Source: an uncultured Methylomirabilota bacterium (GTDB lineage Bacteria > Methylomirabilota > Methylomirabilia > Methylomirabilales > 2-02-FULL-66-22). Taken from it: a stretch of DNA of 64,000 nucleotides. The notes under the pieces are model-generated. The model was not told where the DNA came from. It made no database searches and saw only the letters and a program-made list of their open reading frames with translations. The translations under genes were made by a program, and so were the position numbers. Shown piece after piece: positions 19,161 through 29,082 of the stretch; within the stretch, counting starts at the first letter, position 1, and each line of letters opens with the position of its first letter. The DNA is taken from the NCBI GenBank assembly GCA_963705305.1, contig OY970067.1, positions 416,001-480,000 on the forward strand. The letters are read 5' to 3'.

Positions 19161-19988
19161 ATGCTGACGAGAATCCTGGTGGGGCTCGACAACACGCCTA
19201 ATACGGACGCCGCGGTGCGGCAGGCCATTCAGGTCGCGGAGCGACACAAGGCGCAGCTCACCGGGCTCGTCGTCGAGGACGTACGGGCCCTGGAAAGCGT
19301 GGGGCCGATCCCTATTGGGGGAAGCTACTATGCGAAGCAGTTGCGCGAGCACCGCCTCAAGCTGAGCGCCGCCCAGTGCGAGGGTGCCCTCGCACGATTC
19401 GAGGCCGCCTGCCGCGCCGCCGGCGTCCGCTACGAGGCGAAACGGATCGCCGGAGATCCGTTCGAGACGTTCGCCGCGCAGGCCCGCTACCACGACCTGG
19501 TCGTTCTCAGCGTCCAGTTCCAGTTCTACCACGGGGTCATCAAGGAGCCTCGCGATCCGCTGGCGCGGCTGCTGAAGCGGGGGATGCGCCCTCTCATCGC
19601 CGTCGCGCCCGACGCGCAGACGATTCGCCAGGTCGTCATCGCGTACAACGGCTCGGTCGAGTCGACCATGGCGATGAAACAGTTCCTGCAGCTGAGCCCG
19701 TGGCCGGAGGTCAGCGCCCATCTGGTGTGGTGCGGCGAGGAGAGCGAGGGCACCCAGGAGCTGCTGGGCCAGGCCAGCGCCTACTGCCGGAGCCACGGCC
19801 TGGCGGTGGAGGTGGGTCACAAGCCGGCCAGGCGGCGCGAGGAGCTGCTCGATTTCGCGACGCACCGGAAAGCCGACCTGATCGTCATGGGGGCGGCGGC
19901 CCCCAGCTTTGCCGGGACCACGCTGCTCGCCGAGTCGGACGCCGGCGGGACGGAGCGCAGCACGCTGTCGCTGTTTTTGAACCAGTGA
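19161..19988 (+). CDS. Tandem-domain universal stress protein
   Basis: ILVGLD, ARYHDLVV, IAYNGS and ADLIVMGA; own GAGGAG RBS. Confidence 0.88.
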   Translation: MLTRILVGLDNTPNTDAAVRQAIQVAERHKAQLTGLVVEDVRALESVGPIPIGGSYYAKQLREHRLKLSAAQCEGALARFEAACRAAGVRYEAKRIAGDPFETFAAQARYHDLVVLSVQFQFYHGVIKEPRDPLARLLKRGMRPLIAVAPDAQTIRQVVIAYNGSVESTMAMKQFLQLSPWPEVSAHLVWCGEESEGTQELLGQASAYCRSHGLAVEVGHKPARRREELLDFATHRKADLIVMGAAAPSFAGTTLLAESDAGGTERSTLSLFLNQ

Positions 19989-20037
19989 GGCCCGCCGCGC
20001 CGGAAATCCCTCGTCGCCGCGGAAGGAGGGATGGCAG

Positions 20038-21255
20038 GTGTTTGAGGACAATCTGATAGGACACTACCTGGCGTCTCCGGACGGGACGATTCTCGACTGC
20101 GATCGCCCCTTCCTGTCCATCCTGGGCATCACCTCGCGGCGGGAAGCCCTGGCGATCAACATGGCGGATCTGTGGGCCGAGAGGAAGGCACACGATGCAT
20201 TCGTGGGGCAGCTCCGACTCCGCAGGGCGGTCGAGCAGCACGAATGTTACCGGCGACGCCGGGATGGCGTGGTCATCAGGGTGATCGAGACTGCCGCGGG
20301 AGAGTTTGACCAGCACGGGGATCTGACGCGCATCCGGGGACGCCTCGTCGACGAGACCGAGGGCCGGTTCGCCGAGCGGGCGCGGCGCGAGGCGGAGGAG
20401 TCGTACTGCGTCCTCCTCAAGTCCTTCCCGGAGGCCGCGATCGTGTCCGATGCGCAAGAGCGCATCGCCTTCGCGAACGCGGCGGCGGCCCGCCTCGTCG
20501 GGGCGGAGACTGCTGAGGCGCTGCACGGCTGCTCGCTCTTCCAGTTCCTGCCCGGGTCCGACGCGATGGCTCATGAAGAACGATCGGGGGCGCCCGAGCG
20601 CGGGAAGATCGTGCGGATCGACGGCGAGATGGTGGACATCGAGAGCGTGCACAGGGCCATCCAGTTCCGCGGAGCCATCTGCACGCTTCGCGTGGTTCGG
20701 GACATCACCGCCACGGTGCGCGCCGAGCAGGCGCTGATCGAAAAGGAGCGGGAGATCGCGCTGCATCTTGCGAAGCTGGAGAAGCTGAAGGATGCCCTGA
20801 CCACGCTGCTGGAGCATCGCGACCAAGAGGGCCAGCGACGACTCGCCGGGGTGCGGGCAACCCTCGAACATCTCGTTCTCGCATACCTTGGCCAGCTCAA
20901 GGCCACGCCGCTGGAGTCGGGGCAGCGTGCACTCATCGAGGTGATCGAGGCAAACCTCCGGGACATCACGTCGTCATTCACCCACGAGCTCGATTCGTGG
21001 AGGGCGAAGTTGACTCCCACGGAGCTCCAGATTGCGGACCTCTTGCGGCAGGGGAAACGCACAAAAGAGATTGCAGGGCTGCTCAGGGTGTCCCGGAATG
21101 CCGTCACCTTCCACCGAAACAACATCCGGGCGAAACTCGGGCTCACCCGACGCCCGATCAATCTCGTCTCCTACTTGCGGACAATGGCACATCCGGCCCG
21201 ATCGGTCCCTGGCTTGCTCTCCCGCCGGCCCCGGTCGCGCGTCGCTCAGGCGTAG
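20038..21255 (+). CDS. PAS-PAS-LuxR HTH transcriptional regulator (copy 2)
   Basis: Clear paralog of 11582-12988; GGAGG RBS 8 nt before GTG. Confidence 0.9.
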   Translation: MFEDNLIGHYLASPDGTILDCDRPFLSILGITSRREALAINMADLWAERKAHDAFVGQLRLRRAVEQHECYRRRRDGVVIRVIETAAGEFDQHGDLTRIRGRLVDETEGRFAERARREAEESYCVLLKSFPEAAIVSDAQERIAFANAAAARLVGAETAEALHGCSLFQFLPGSDAMAHEERSGAPERGKIVRIDGEMVDIESVHRAIQFRGAICTLRVVRDITATVRAEQALIEKEREIALHLAKLEKLKDALTTLLEHRDQEGQRRLAGVRATLEHLVLAYLGQLKATPLESGQRALIEVIEANLRDITSSFTHELDSWRAKLTPTELQIADLLRQGKRTKEIAGLLRVSRNAVTFHRNNIRAKLGLTRRPINLVSYLRTMAHPARSVPGLLSRRPRSRVAQA

Positions 21256-21377
21256 GTGCTGCGGGAGGATACGGCAACACGTCCCTTTGACCGGAGACCT
21301 CCCGACCTCCACGATCCTGGAATGCCCTGCCCCTCTTTTTCGCTTTCTCGCGACCTGCCGGCCTCTTACGGCCCCGT

Positions 21378-21740
21378 TCAGTCGGGCGTCGGTCCAGGCG
21401 GAGGGGAGGGGTCGGCCGGCGGAGGCAGGGGGGTGGAGGCGATCCAGAAGCAGAGCAGGACCACCCCCGTCAGCCCGAGCACGGTGACGGCGAGTCGGCG
21501 GCCGTGCCAGAGGCTGGCCACCCACTCGCGCAAGGCCCCCGCGAGCTCGTTGGCCTTGCCCCCGTAGACTTCAATCTCGCGGAGGTACTGCTTGCGGTCA
21601 GCCGGGTCATACCCCAGGGGGTTCGAGGGAGCGGGGGCGGCGGTGAGGTAGATCCCCAGCGCCGCCCCCAGGCCCACCATTGCAATGGCGAGGGCAATAA
21701 GCCGGCGGCGCGTCTGGCGGGATGGCGCGGTCCGCGTCAT
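21378..21740 (-). CDS. Small two-TM hypothetical membrane protein
   Basis: GGAGG RBS; TM-KQYLREIEVYGGKAN-TM; Pro-rich tail. Confidence 0.75.
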   Translation of the reverse strand: MTRTAPSRQTRRRLIALAIAMVGLGAALGIYLTAAPAPSNPLGYDPADRKQYLREIEVYGGKANELAGALREWVASLWHGRRLAVTVLGLTGVVLLCFWIASTPLPPPADPSPPPGPTPD

Positions 21741-21806
21741 GTCCTCCCCCCGGAAGCCGGCGACGGCCCGTGTGGCGCGCGTCGCCCGCATCCAAAACCG
21801 GCTGCC

Positions 21807-22442
21807 TCACGCCCTCCTGCGCCACTGCTGCACGGCGTGGTACGTCAGGAACACGAGTGCCAAAGCAATCACTCCGAGCAGGAGGAGTTTCTCCAGCGTA
21901 TCTTCCCCCAGCAAGAATCCTTTCACGTACCTGCGGAGGCCATAGCCGACGGCATAGCCCTCCCCGACCGTCACGGGGACATAGACAAGCGCCCCTAGCA
22001 CGTTGGCGACGATGAAAGCGGACGGCGAGAGGCCCATGCTTCCCGCCAGGGGACCGGCCATGAAGCGCAAGCCGATGACGAACCGGGCGATGAACACCCC
22101 CACCGGGCCGTAGCGGTGCACGAAACGCCGCATCGTCTCGAGGCGCTCGGGAGTCAGATAGAGGCGCCGACCATGCCGGTCGACCGCCGGTTGGCCGTAG
22201 CGGCGGCCAATCCAGTAGCCGAGATTATCACCCGCCACGGCTGCAACGACCCCGACAAGGAGGACGAGTAGGAGGGAAAGGCGGCCCTTCCACACGAGGA
22301 AGCCTGCGATCCAGAGCACGGAGTTCTCCGGAATCGGCAGCCCGAGGTTCCCGAGCACGACGAAGGCGAAGATTGCCACGTAGCCCCAGTGGCTGATCAG
22401 CACCCGGAGGCCGTGCAGGCTGAATCCGAGGAAGAAACTCAC
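21807..22442 (-). CDS. DedA family membrane protein
   Basis: GLPIPE, GDNLGYWIGR, ARFVIGLR and AGS motifs. Confidence 0.92.
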   Translation of the reverse strand: MSFFLGFSLHGLRVLISHWGYVAIFAFVVLGNLGLPIPENSVLWIAGFLVWKGRLSLLLVLLVGVVAAVAGDNLGYWIGRRYGQPAVDRHGRRLYLTPERLETMRRFVHRYGPVGVFIARFVIGLRFMAGPLAGSMGLSPSAFIVANVLGALVYVPVTVGEGYAVGYGLRRYVKGFLLGEDTLEKLLLLGVIALALVFLTYHAVQQWRRRA

Positions 22443-22572
22443 GGGATACGTCGTGCCTCCGCAGCCAGGCCTGAACCCGGCTGCACCTCGCAGTCAAACG
22501 ACCGCAGGCCCGTGGTGGCGTATATCAGGAAACAAAGCGGAAGGCAACATTATCCGTCCAAGGGGGACAGAC

Positions 22573-23865
22573 TTACAGCTTGAACAGGGTGGGGAGGACC
22601 AGCACCAGCCACGGCCAGAAGGCGATGACGATCAGATCCGCGACCAGGATGCTGATGTACGGGATCGAAGGTCGGATCGTGTCCGAGAGCTGGATCTTAG
22701 CGATACTACAGATGATCACCAGGCAGAGCCCGAGGGGGGGCGACACGATGGCGATCTCCACCGCCGCGATCACAAGGATCCCGAAGTGCAGCGAGTGGAT
22801 CTGGAATGCGGTGGCGATGGGGTACAGGATGGGGAAGAAGATCAGGATGGCCGGCAGTCCGTCCAGGATCAGGCCGAACCCCAGGAAGACCGCAATGCTC
22901 AGGAGCAGGAACACCTCCCTGCCGCCACCCACCGCCTGGATCCAGTTGCCGATCAGCCGGGGGACCTGGTAGGTGGCCAGGATCCAGGCGAACGTCGTGG
23001 CCGCCCCCACCAGAAGACAGGTGACCCCCGTCATCACCGCCGAGTCGACCAGAGTCTTGTAGAAATCCCGGAGCGTCATCTCCTTGTAGATGAAGAAGGC
23101 GACGATGAAGGCGTAGATGGTCGCCACCGCCGCGGCCTCGGTCGCGGTGAAGATGCCGCCGAAGATGCCCCCGAAGATGATCACCGGCATGAGGAGGGGA
23201 ATGACCCCGTTGGCGAGGGACGCCAACACCTCTTTGAGGTGTGGCCGCGCCGACTCCGCCCCCGGCAGGATTCCGCGGACCGACTGGATGTAGATCACCA
23301 CCATCAGGCTCAGGGCCATGAGGAATCCGGGCAGGAAGCCGCCCATGAACAGGCCGGCGATGGAGATGTTCGCGATAGCCCCCAGGATCACCATGTTCAG
23401 GCAGGGCGGGATCATCTTTCCCATCCCGACGGAGGCCGCCACGATGGCCGAGGCCCGCTCGGGAGGGTACCCCGCCCGGACCATGGAGGGCAGGAGCAGG
23501 CTGCCGAGGGCCGAGGCTTCCGCGATCGTGGAGCCCGTGATCCCCGACAGGAACATGGTCGCCACCACCACCACGAACCCGAGCCCCCCCTTGATGTGCC
23601 CCACCAGGTTGCGGGCGAGGCGCACCAGCCGCTGGGAGATCCCCCCGTGCTCCATGATGCCGCCGGCCAGGATAAAGAGGGGGATGGCGAGGAAGGGGAA
23701 GCTGTCGATGCCGGAGTAGAACTTCATGGTGACGGTGGAGAGGGGGATGGTCCCCTGCCAGGCGAGGGTCAGGATGCAGGCGAGGGCCATGGCGAAGGCC
23801 ACCGGCACGTCGATGGCGAGCAGGAGGATGAACCCGCCGAGGAGGAGGAGGATGCCCGTGGTCAT
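22573..23865 (-). CDS. dctM: TRAP transporter large permease
   Basis: FLAIPLFILAG, SGITGS..AE, IPP, GGIFTATEA and SPPLG motifs. Confidence 0.93.
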   Translation of the reverse strand: MTTGILLLLGGFILLLAIDVPVAFAMALACILTLAWQGTIPLSTVTMKFYSGIDSFPFLAIPLFILAGGIMEHGGISQRLVRLARNLVGHIKGGLGFVVVVATMFLSGITGSTIAEASALGSLLLPSMVRAGYPPERASAIVAASVGMGKMIPPCLNMVILGAIANISIAGLFMGGFLPGFLMALSLMVVIYIQSVRGILPGAESARPHLKEVLASLANGVIPLLMPVIIFGGIFGGIFTATEAAAVATIYAFIVAFFIYKEMTLRDFYKTLVDSAVMTGVTCLLVGAATTFAWILATYQVPRLIGNWIQAVGGGREVFLLLSIAVFLGFGLILDGLPAILIFFPILYPIATAFQIHSLHFGILVIAAVEIAIVSPPLGLCLVIICSIAKIQLSDTIRPSIPYISILVADLIVIAFWPWLVLVLPTLFKL

Positions 23866-24338
23866 CGCGCCGCCCCCCCCTCGGAGGTGCCTCTCCACCG
23901 CTGCACTGCCAGCTCGATCAGGTACAGGAGGATGAGGCCGCCGCTCACCGGGATGGGGAGGTACGCCCAGGTGTACGAGAGGTTCATGGTGCCGTACATG
24001 CGGGTCATGTTGAAGCGGAGGAGGGTGAGCCCCTGGCTCACCATGATGAGGGCGACGACGCCGATGATGAGGGGGACCACCTGTGCCAGGGCCCGGCGCG
24101 CCCGCGTCGGGAGCTGCCGCACCACCAGCTCGATCCCGAAGTGGCGCATCCGCTTCACGCCGAGGGCCGCCCCCAGGAAGACCATCCACTGGAACAGGAG
24201 CATGGCGAGGTCCTCCGACCACGCCAGGGGGGCCTGCAGGACGAAGCGGTTGAAGACCTGGATGAAGACGGTCACGGCCAGCGCCACGCTCACGAGGGCG
24301 CACGCCGCCTCCACGAGGTGATCCAGGATCCGGAGCAT
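23862..24338 (-). CDS. dctQ: TRAP transporter small permease
   Basis: QVFNRF..WSEDL..W..FLGA..HF; four TM helices. Confidence 0.92.
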   Translation of the reverse strand: MLRILDHLVEAACALVSVALAVTVFIQVFNRFVLQAPLAWSEDLAMLLFQWMVFLGAALGVKRMRHFGIELVVRQLPTRARRALAQVVPLIIGVVALIMVSQGLTLLRFNMTRMYGTMNLSYTWAYLPIPVSGGLILLYLIELAVQRWRGTSEGGAAR

Positions 24339-24749
24339 GCGAGCCGGTCCTCCCCTCTTTGAAGCGCTGTTCGTCAACCGGACAATATACTTCCTTAAGA
24401 CGTTTTGTCGAGACCGGGATGGCTATAGTACGCAACCACGCCATTCCATGCCATTACGAACCGGATATCCGTCGTGCGACCAAGCCATTGCCTCGGATAC
24501 GCCCGATCGACGAGGCGGGTGGACACGGGACTGGGGCCTTGCCGGAGGTCTGAGCCACTGTTTTCCCCGGCTTTTTCGGGCTTTGACGTTTCCCGAAGGC
24601 CCCTTGACACGCGATCGGGGCTTGCGGTATCTATGATTCCGCCCGGCCGGTGAACGCCCCGCTCGGCGGGAAGAGCATCTGTCCGGTACACGAGGGCGGG
24701 CCTGTGACCTATGTCCGATCCATCTGCATGATGCAGGAAAGGGCGAGCC

Positions 24750-26108
24750 ATGTGGCGTTCTCTCGGACGGCTGGGAATCCTCCTGTTGACGGTGTCGGTA
24801 TGCATTCTCGCTATGGACGCGGGTAGCCTGGCTTTGGCTGCGGGGGCGAACACCGACAAGACGGTCATCCGCATCGGCGCCTTGTTGGACCAGACGGGAG
24901 GGAGCACAACGGCCCTCTACCGCGCGGCGGTGGAGCTCGGAGTCCACCAGGTCAACGAGGCCCTGGCCAAGAGCGGGAGCCGCCTGGCATTTGAGATCGT
25001 CTACGGTGATACGAAAAGCCGTCCCCCGCTGGCCCAAAGCGAGGCGATCCGTCTGATCAACCAGGAGGGAGTAAAGGCGCTGGTGAGCGCCAGCAGCGGC
25101 GAGACCGTCGCCGTGAACAAGCTCAACTACGATACCGCCAGCCCTGCCAATGCGAAGGTACCCCTCACCTGCTTCCAGTGCTCGTCTGGATTTCTCAACA
25201 ACCCGACGACGGTCGAGTCCGACCCCCTCACCCAGGCGGCCGAGCGCGATCTCGACAACTGGCTGTTCCGCGTGTTTTACATCGCCAACTACGAGGCGGC
25301 CGTCCAAGTGCAAATCGCCCTCCAGAACAAGAAGGGGAACGGGCCGTTCAAGGTGGGCATCCTGGCCGATGGCGGGCACCGGTCGCTGGCCGCCGCCGTC
25401 ACGGACCTCCTGCCGAAGTTCTCTGCCGGGTCTTCCGTCGAGGTGACCTATGTCTCAATACTCGCGAACCTCCGCGCAGATTGGGAGAAGGTGGTCAACG
25501 GCAAGCCCGATCTGGTGATCCTCGCCATGCTGCCCGAGGGAGTGACGGAAGGGTTCAAGGCCTACCGGCAGGCCGGGTACACCATTCCGATCCAATCCAA
25601 CAACAGCTTCCGCCGCAACTACATCCTGGAGCAGATCGGAACCATGGCCAACGGCCTCGAGGGCAGCTCGGTGCAGCTCGCGGCCAACAGCGAATCCGGC
25701 CGCGCGTTCGTGAGCGCCTTCAAGTCGGCCACGGGGCACCAGCCGGAAATGACCTGCTCAGGGGCGTACGACGCTACCGTCACTTTGATGCTGGCGGCCA
25801 TAGAGGCGGCGGGAAATGTCCAGCAGCCCCGCGAGGTGACGCCGGCGGCCATCCGGGAGGGTCTCACCAAGCTCAGCGCCCCGGCAGCCACCAAGATCCG
25901 GCCGACCATCGACGACTTTGCCTTGGCGGTCCGGTTGATCGGGCAAGGGAAGCCCATTTTCTACGACGGCGCGTACATCTCGGACGGGTGGGATGCCGCC
26001 GGCGATATGTTTCCCCCGCTGGTGCACTGGAAGGTCGAGAACGGGCAGTTCGTCGAGTACGAGCTCTACGACTGCAATCCGCAAAAGCCGCTCTGTCCTG
26101 TGAAGTAG
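24750..26108 (+). CDS. Orphan periplasmic binding protein, LIVBP-like (type I)
   Basis: Signal peptide, IRIGALLDQTG, GDTKS and AYDA. Confidence 0.8.
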   Translation: MWRSLGRLGILLLTVSVCILAMDAGSLALAAGANTDKTVIRIGALLDQTGGSTTALYRAAVELGVHQVNEALAKSGSRLAFEIVYGDTKSRPPLAQSEAIRLINQEGVKALVSASSGETVAVNKLNYDTASPANAKVPLTCFQCSSGFLNNPTTVESDPLTQAAERDLDNWLFRVFYIANYEAAVQVQIALQNKKGNGPFKVGILADGGHRSLAAAVTDLLPKFSAGSSVEVTYVSILANLRADWEKVVNGKPDLVILAMLPEGVTEGFKAYRQAGYTIPIQSNNSFRRNYILEQIGTMANGLEGSSVQLAANSESGRAFVSAFKSATGHQPEMTCSGAYDATVTLMLAAIEAAGNVQQPREVTPAAIREGLTKLSAPAATKIRPTIDDFALAVRLIGQGKPIFYDGAYISDGWDAAGDMFPPLVHWKVENGQFVEYELYDCNPQKPLCPVK

Positions 26109-26206
26109 GCTGGGTCCGAGCCTCCGGAAGCCGCAGTTGCCTCAGTCGCTCCTGCGACCTCTCCGGCGGAGGGGGTAGCCGGGAGCCCGCAAAGGCTGGC
26201 CAGAGG

Positions 26207-27061
26207 CTACACCGCCGCCCAGACCCTCCGCAGGAATGCCGCGTCGGCTCGGGCCCACTCCTCCAGGTGCGGGGGGGCCGTGTCGGCATAGCCGACCTGG
26301 CGGATGATGGCTTCGTCGAAATCATATTCCGTGTGCACCGAAAATGCCCCGCTAAAGCCCAGAGCCTTGAGCGCGCCGAGCGCCCGGCGCCAGTTGACCG
26401 CGCCACTGCCCAGCTTGACGAACCGGGGGACGAACGGGGGCTCGCTCCCTGCGGGTTGCGGGGCATGGTAGGCATCCTTGACGGCGACAATCGACAGGTA
26501 ATCCCGCACCATCGCCAAGCCCATCGGATAGTCCTCGCCGTCCAGCACCATGTGCCCCAGATCCGGATACGCGCCCACCCAGCGAGGATCCAGGCCGCGG
26601 AGGAGATGCATCATCCCCGCGCAATTCGAGCCCAGCACCGGCCCGCTGTGCACCTGATACACCGTCTGGACTCCGTACTTTTCCCCCACCCGCGCGAATC
26701 CCCCCAGTGCCCGGCGCGCCGCATCCACCAGCGCCCAGTAATCTTCGCCGGCCGTGTACGGAAAGAAGCCGATCTTCACCCGCGGCACCCCCGCCGCCGC
26801 GCAGCCTGCGTACAACGGCTCGACCTCCGGGGCGTCCGGGTTGGTCAGCGTCACCGGTGCCGTGGCCAGCGGACAGACCAGCCGCTGCTCCCTCCAGACC
26901 GCAACCGCCTGCGGCAGCGCAGCCTCGACGTTGATCAGGTTGACCGGATGGCCCGGCCGGACATTGACGTCGACCCCATCGAATCCCAGCTCCCGGGCCT
27001 TCACGGCGAGCTCTGAGACGCCGAGGGCAGCAAAGAACTTGGAATTGAGGACGATGTGCAC
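26207..27061 (-). CDS. Sugar phosphate isomerase/epimerase family TIM-barrel protein
   Basis: GFDGVD..VRPGH, DLGH, VKD, G.G.VNW and SVHTEY. Confidence 0.85.
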   Translation of the reverse strand: MHIVLNSKFFAALGVSELAVKARELGFDGVDVNVRPGHPVNLINVEAALPQAVAVWREQRLVCPLATAPVTLTNPDAPEVEPLYAGCAAAGVPRVKIGFFPYTAGEDYWALVDAARRALGGFARVGEKYGVQTVYQVHSGPVLGSNCAGMMHLLRGLDPRWVGAYPDLGHMVLDGEDYPMGLAMVRDYLSIVAVKDAYHAPQPAGSEPPFVPRFVKLGSGAVNWRRALGALKALGFSGAFSVHTEYDFDEAIIRQVGYADTAPPHLEEWARADAAFLRRVWAAV

Positions 27062-27209
27062 CTCTTCCTCCTCCGATGGAGCGGCGAGGCGAGCCCGGCG
27101 TCCACTGGATTGCCTCCGGACCCCTGGGGTCCTCGACCCGCCGTACCAGGTGCTGCCCCGCTTCTTCGGACCCCGGTCCACGGCGCCGCCGGATCCGTCA
27201 GCCGGATCG

Positions 27210-28205
27210 TCAGGGCACCACGATCCCCTTGATGTACCCCTCCGGGGGATGCGCGAGCGCCTCGAGCCCCTTCCCGGTTTCCTCCAGCGAGTAGCGGTGG
27301 GAGATGAGCTTCTCCAGGGGGTAGAGGCCTTTGGCGATGGCCTGCATGGCGATCTCGAGGTCCCGCCTTTGGTCCGGGGAGTGCTCGGGGTGCAGGCTGA
27401 GGATCACGGGCGCCTTGGGACCCCACAGGCTGAGGTCGTAGGTGTCCGGCACCGCATGGTACCCGTACAGAACGATGACTCCCGGAGGCGGACTGGTCCG
27501 GATGGCCCTGCCCGCCAGAGCCACCCCGGCGGGATTGCCGATTCCTTCGAACACCACGTCGCACAGCCGGCCGCCGGTGATGGCCGTCACCTCGGCAGCC
27601 ACATCGACCTTGCCGGCGTTGAGCGTGATGGTCGCCCCCATCTCTTTCGCCAGCTGGAGTCTGCTGTCGAGGATGTCGCACGCAATGATTTCCCCGAGGC
27701 CCCGGGATGCCAGGTTCGCGATGACCAGCAGCCCCATGAAGCCGCAGCCCGCCACGAAGGCGTAATCGCCGAATTTGATCTGCGAGTATCGGACGATGCC
27801 CGTGCAGCACTTTATCGGCTCGCTGACGCAGTACTCAAGGGGGATGCCGTCCGGAACCTTGACCATCCCCGTGACCAGCTCTTTGCTGGCCAGGTCGATG
27901 ACTCCGTATTCGGCAAAGCACTTCTTGAATCCGATGCCCGTCACCCGGTCGCCGGGCCTGAAGCCTTCCACGGCGCTGCCGACGTCCTCGACGATGCCCG
28001 CCGGCTCGTGGCCCAATCTGAGCGGGTAGCTGAGCGGCTCTCCCAGCCACATCGTGCCCTGGCCCTGGTATCGCCCCAGCTCGCTATGGCAGAGCCCGCA
28101 CGAGGTGATCCGCACGAGCACCTGGGTCGGGGTCAGCGCCGGCACTTCGACCTCTTGGATTTCGATCCGCCTGGGACTCACCGCAACAGCCGCCTTCATC
28201 TTCAT
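27210..28205 (-). CDS. Zn-binding (MDR) dehydrogenase
   Basis: CGLCHSE, GHE, GDRV and GCGFMG; lacks the structural-Zn loop. Confidence 0.9.
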   Translation of the reverse strand: MKMKAAVAVSPRRIEIQEVEVPALTPTQVLVRITSCGLCHSELGRYQGQGTMWLGEPLSYPLRLGHEPAGIVEDVGSAVEGFRPGDRVTGIGFKKCFAEYGVIDLASKELVTGMVKVPDGIPLEYCVSEPIKCCTGIVRYSQIKFGDYAFVAGCGFMGLLVIANLASRGLGEIIACDILDSRLQLAKEMGATITLNAGKVDVAAEVTAITGGRLCDVVFEGIGNPAGVALAGRAIRTSPPPGVIVLYGYHAVPDTYDLSLWGPKAPVILSLHPEHSPDQRRDLEIAMQAIAKGLYPLEKLISHRYSLEETGKGLEALAHPPEGYIKGIVVP

Positions 28206-28292
28206 GGATGCTCCTCCTCCACGGCGCGGCAGGTGCTCGGGAGCGGCCGCGCCTGATCCGACCTCCTATCCTGCTCCCCTTGAAATGGAAAG

Positions 28293-28316
28293 TCTCGACC
28301 CTGCCGCCGGTCGAGA
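28293..28316 (-). terminator. Probable terminator after livF
   Basis: TCTCGACC/GGTCGAGA stem followed by a pyrimidine-rich tract on the minus strand. Confidence 0.5.
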
Positions 28317-28347
28317 AATTCCAGCGTAAAAGTCAGCGAGTAAGTCG

Positions 28348-29064
28348 TTAGCCTAACTGAAAATAGGTCCGCTTAACCTCTTCATTGTGTATCAAATCCT
28401 TGCTCCTCCCTTCCATTCCAATCTTTCCATGCTCGAGTATGTATACCCGTTCTGCAAGGTCTAAGGCTAAACTGGCATCCTGTTCAACGATGAGGACCGC
28501 TATTCCGCTCTTCCAGATACTCCGAATCCCTTCTATCAAGCTCTTTTTGATCAAGGGCGAAAGTCCGATGGAAGGCTCATCCAGCATGAGCAGTTTCGGG
28601 CTGCTCATCATGGACCTGCCGATAGCCAGCATTTGCTGTTCTCCGCCACTGAGAGTAGCTGACAGCTGTTTCTTTCGCTCTGCCAGGACGGGAAAGAGTC
28701 GATAGACGGAGTCCAGGTCCTCTCGTATTCTTCCTTTGTCTTTCCGGCGAAAAGCCCCCATCTCCAAGTTTTGCGCGACAGTGAAATCCACAAACAGCTG
28801 CCTACGCTCCGGACAATGAATGATTCCCTTGAGGACGATTTCATGGGCAGGGCAATGATCAATGCGCTCGCCCATGAACGATATCTCTCCCTCCTTCGGA
28901 ACCACAGCAGAAATGGCTCGCAGCAGGGTGCTCTTTCCCGCCCCATTCGGCCCTACCACTCCTACCATCTCTCTTGCGTCGATGTTCAGGCTGAGACCGT
29001 TCAGGGCAATGGCCTTTCCATAAAGGACCTTTAATGACTTCACTTCCAGCAGATGCAATTCCAT
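28348..29064 (-). CDS. livF: Branched-chain amino acid-type ABC ATPase
   Basis: GPNGAGKST, PERR, LSGGEQQML and VEQ. Confidence 0.92.
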   Translation of the reverse strand: MELHLLEVKSLKVLYGKAIALNGLSLNIDAREMVGVVGPNGAGKSTLLRAISAVVPKEGEISFMGERIDHCPAHEIVLKGIIHCPERRQLFVDFTVAQNLEMGAFRRKDKGRIREDLDSVYRLFPVLAERKKQLSATLSGGEQQMLAIGRSMMSSPKLLMLDEPSIGLSPLIKKSLIEGIRSIWKSGIAVLIVEQDASLALDLAERVYILEHGKIGMEGRSKDLIHNEEVKRTYFQLG

Positions 29065-29082
29065 CTCTCCTTGTGGCTTATT

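Noticed and set aside
20031..20045. Apparent frameshift at the start of LuxR copy 2 (out-of-frame ATG)
   Set aside because: RBS spacing fits the in-frame GTG at 20038.
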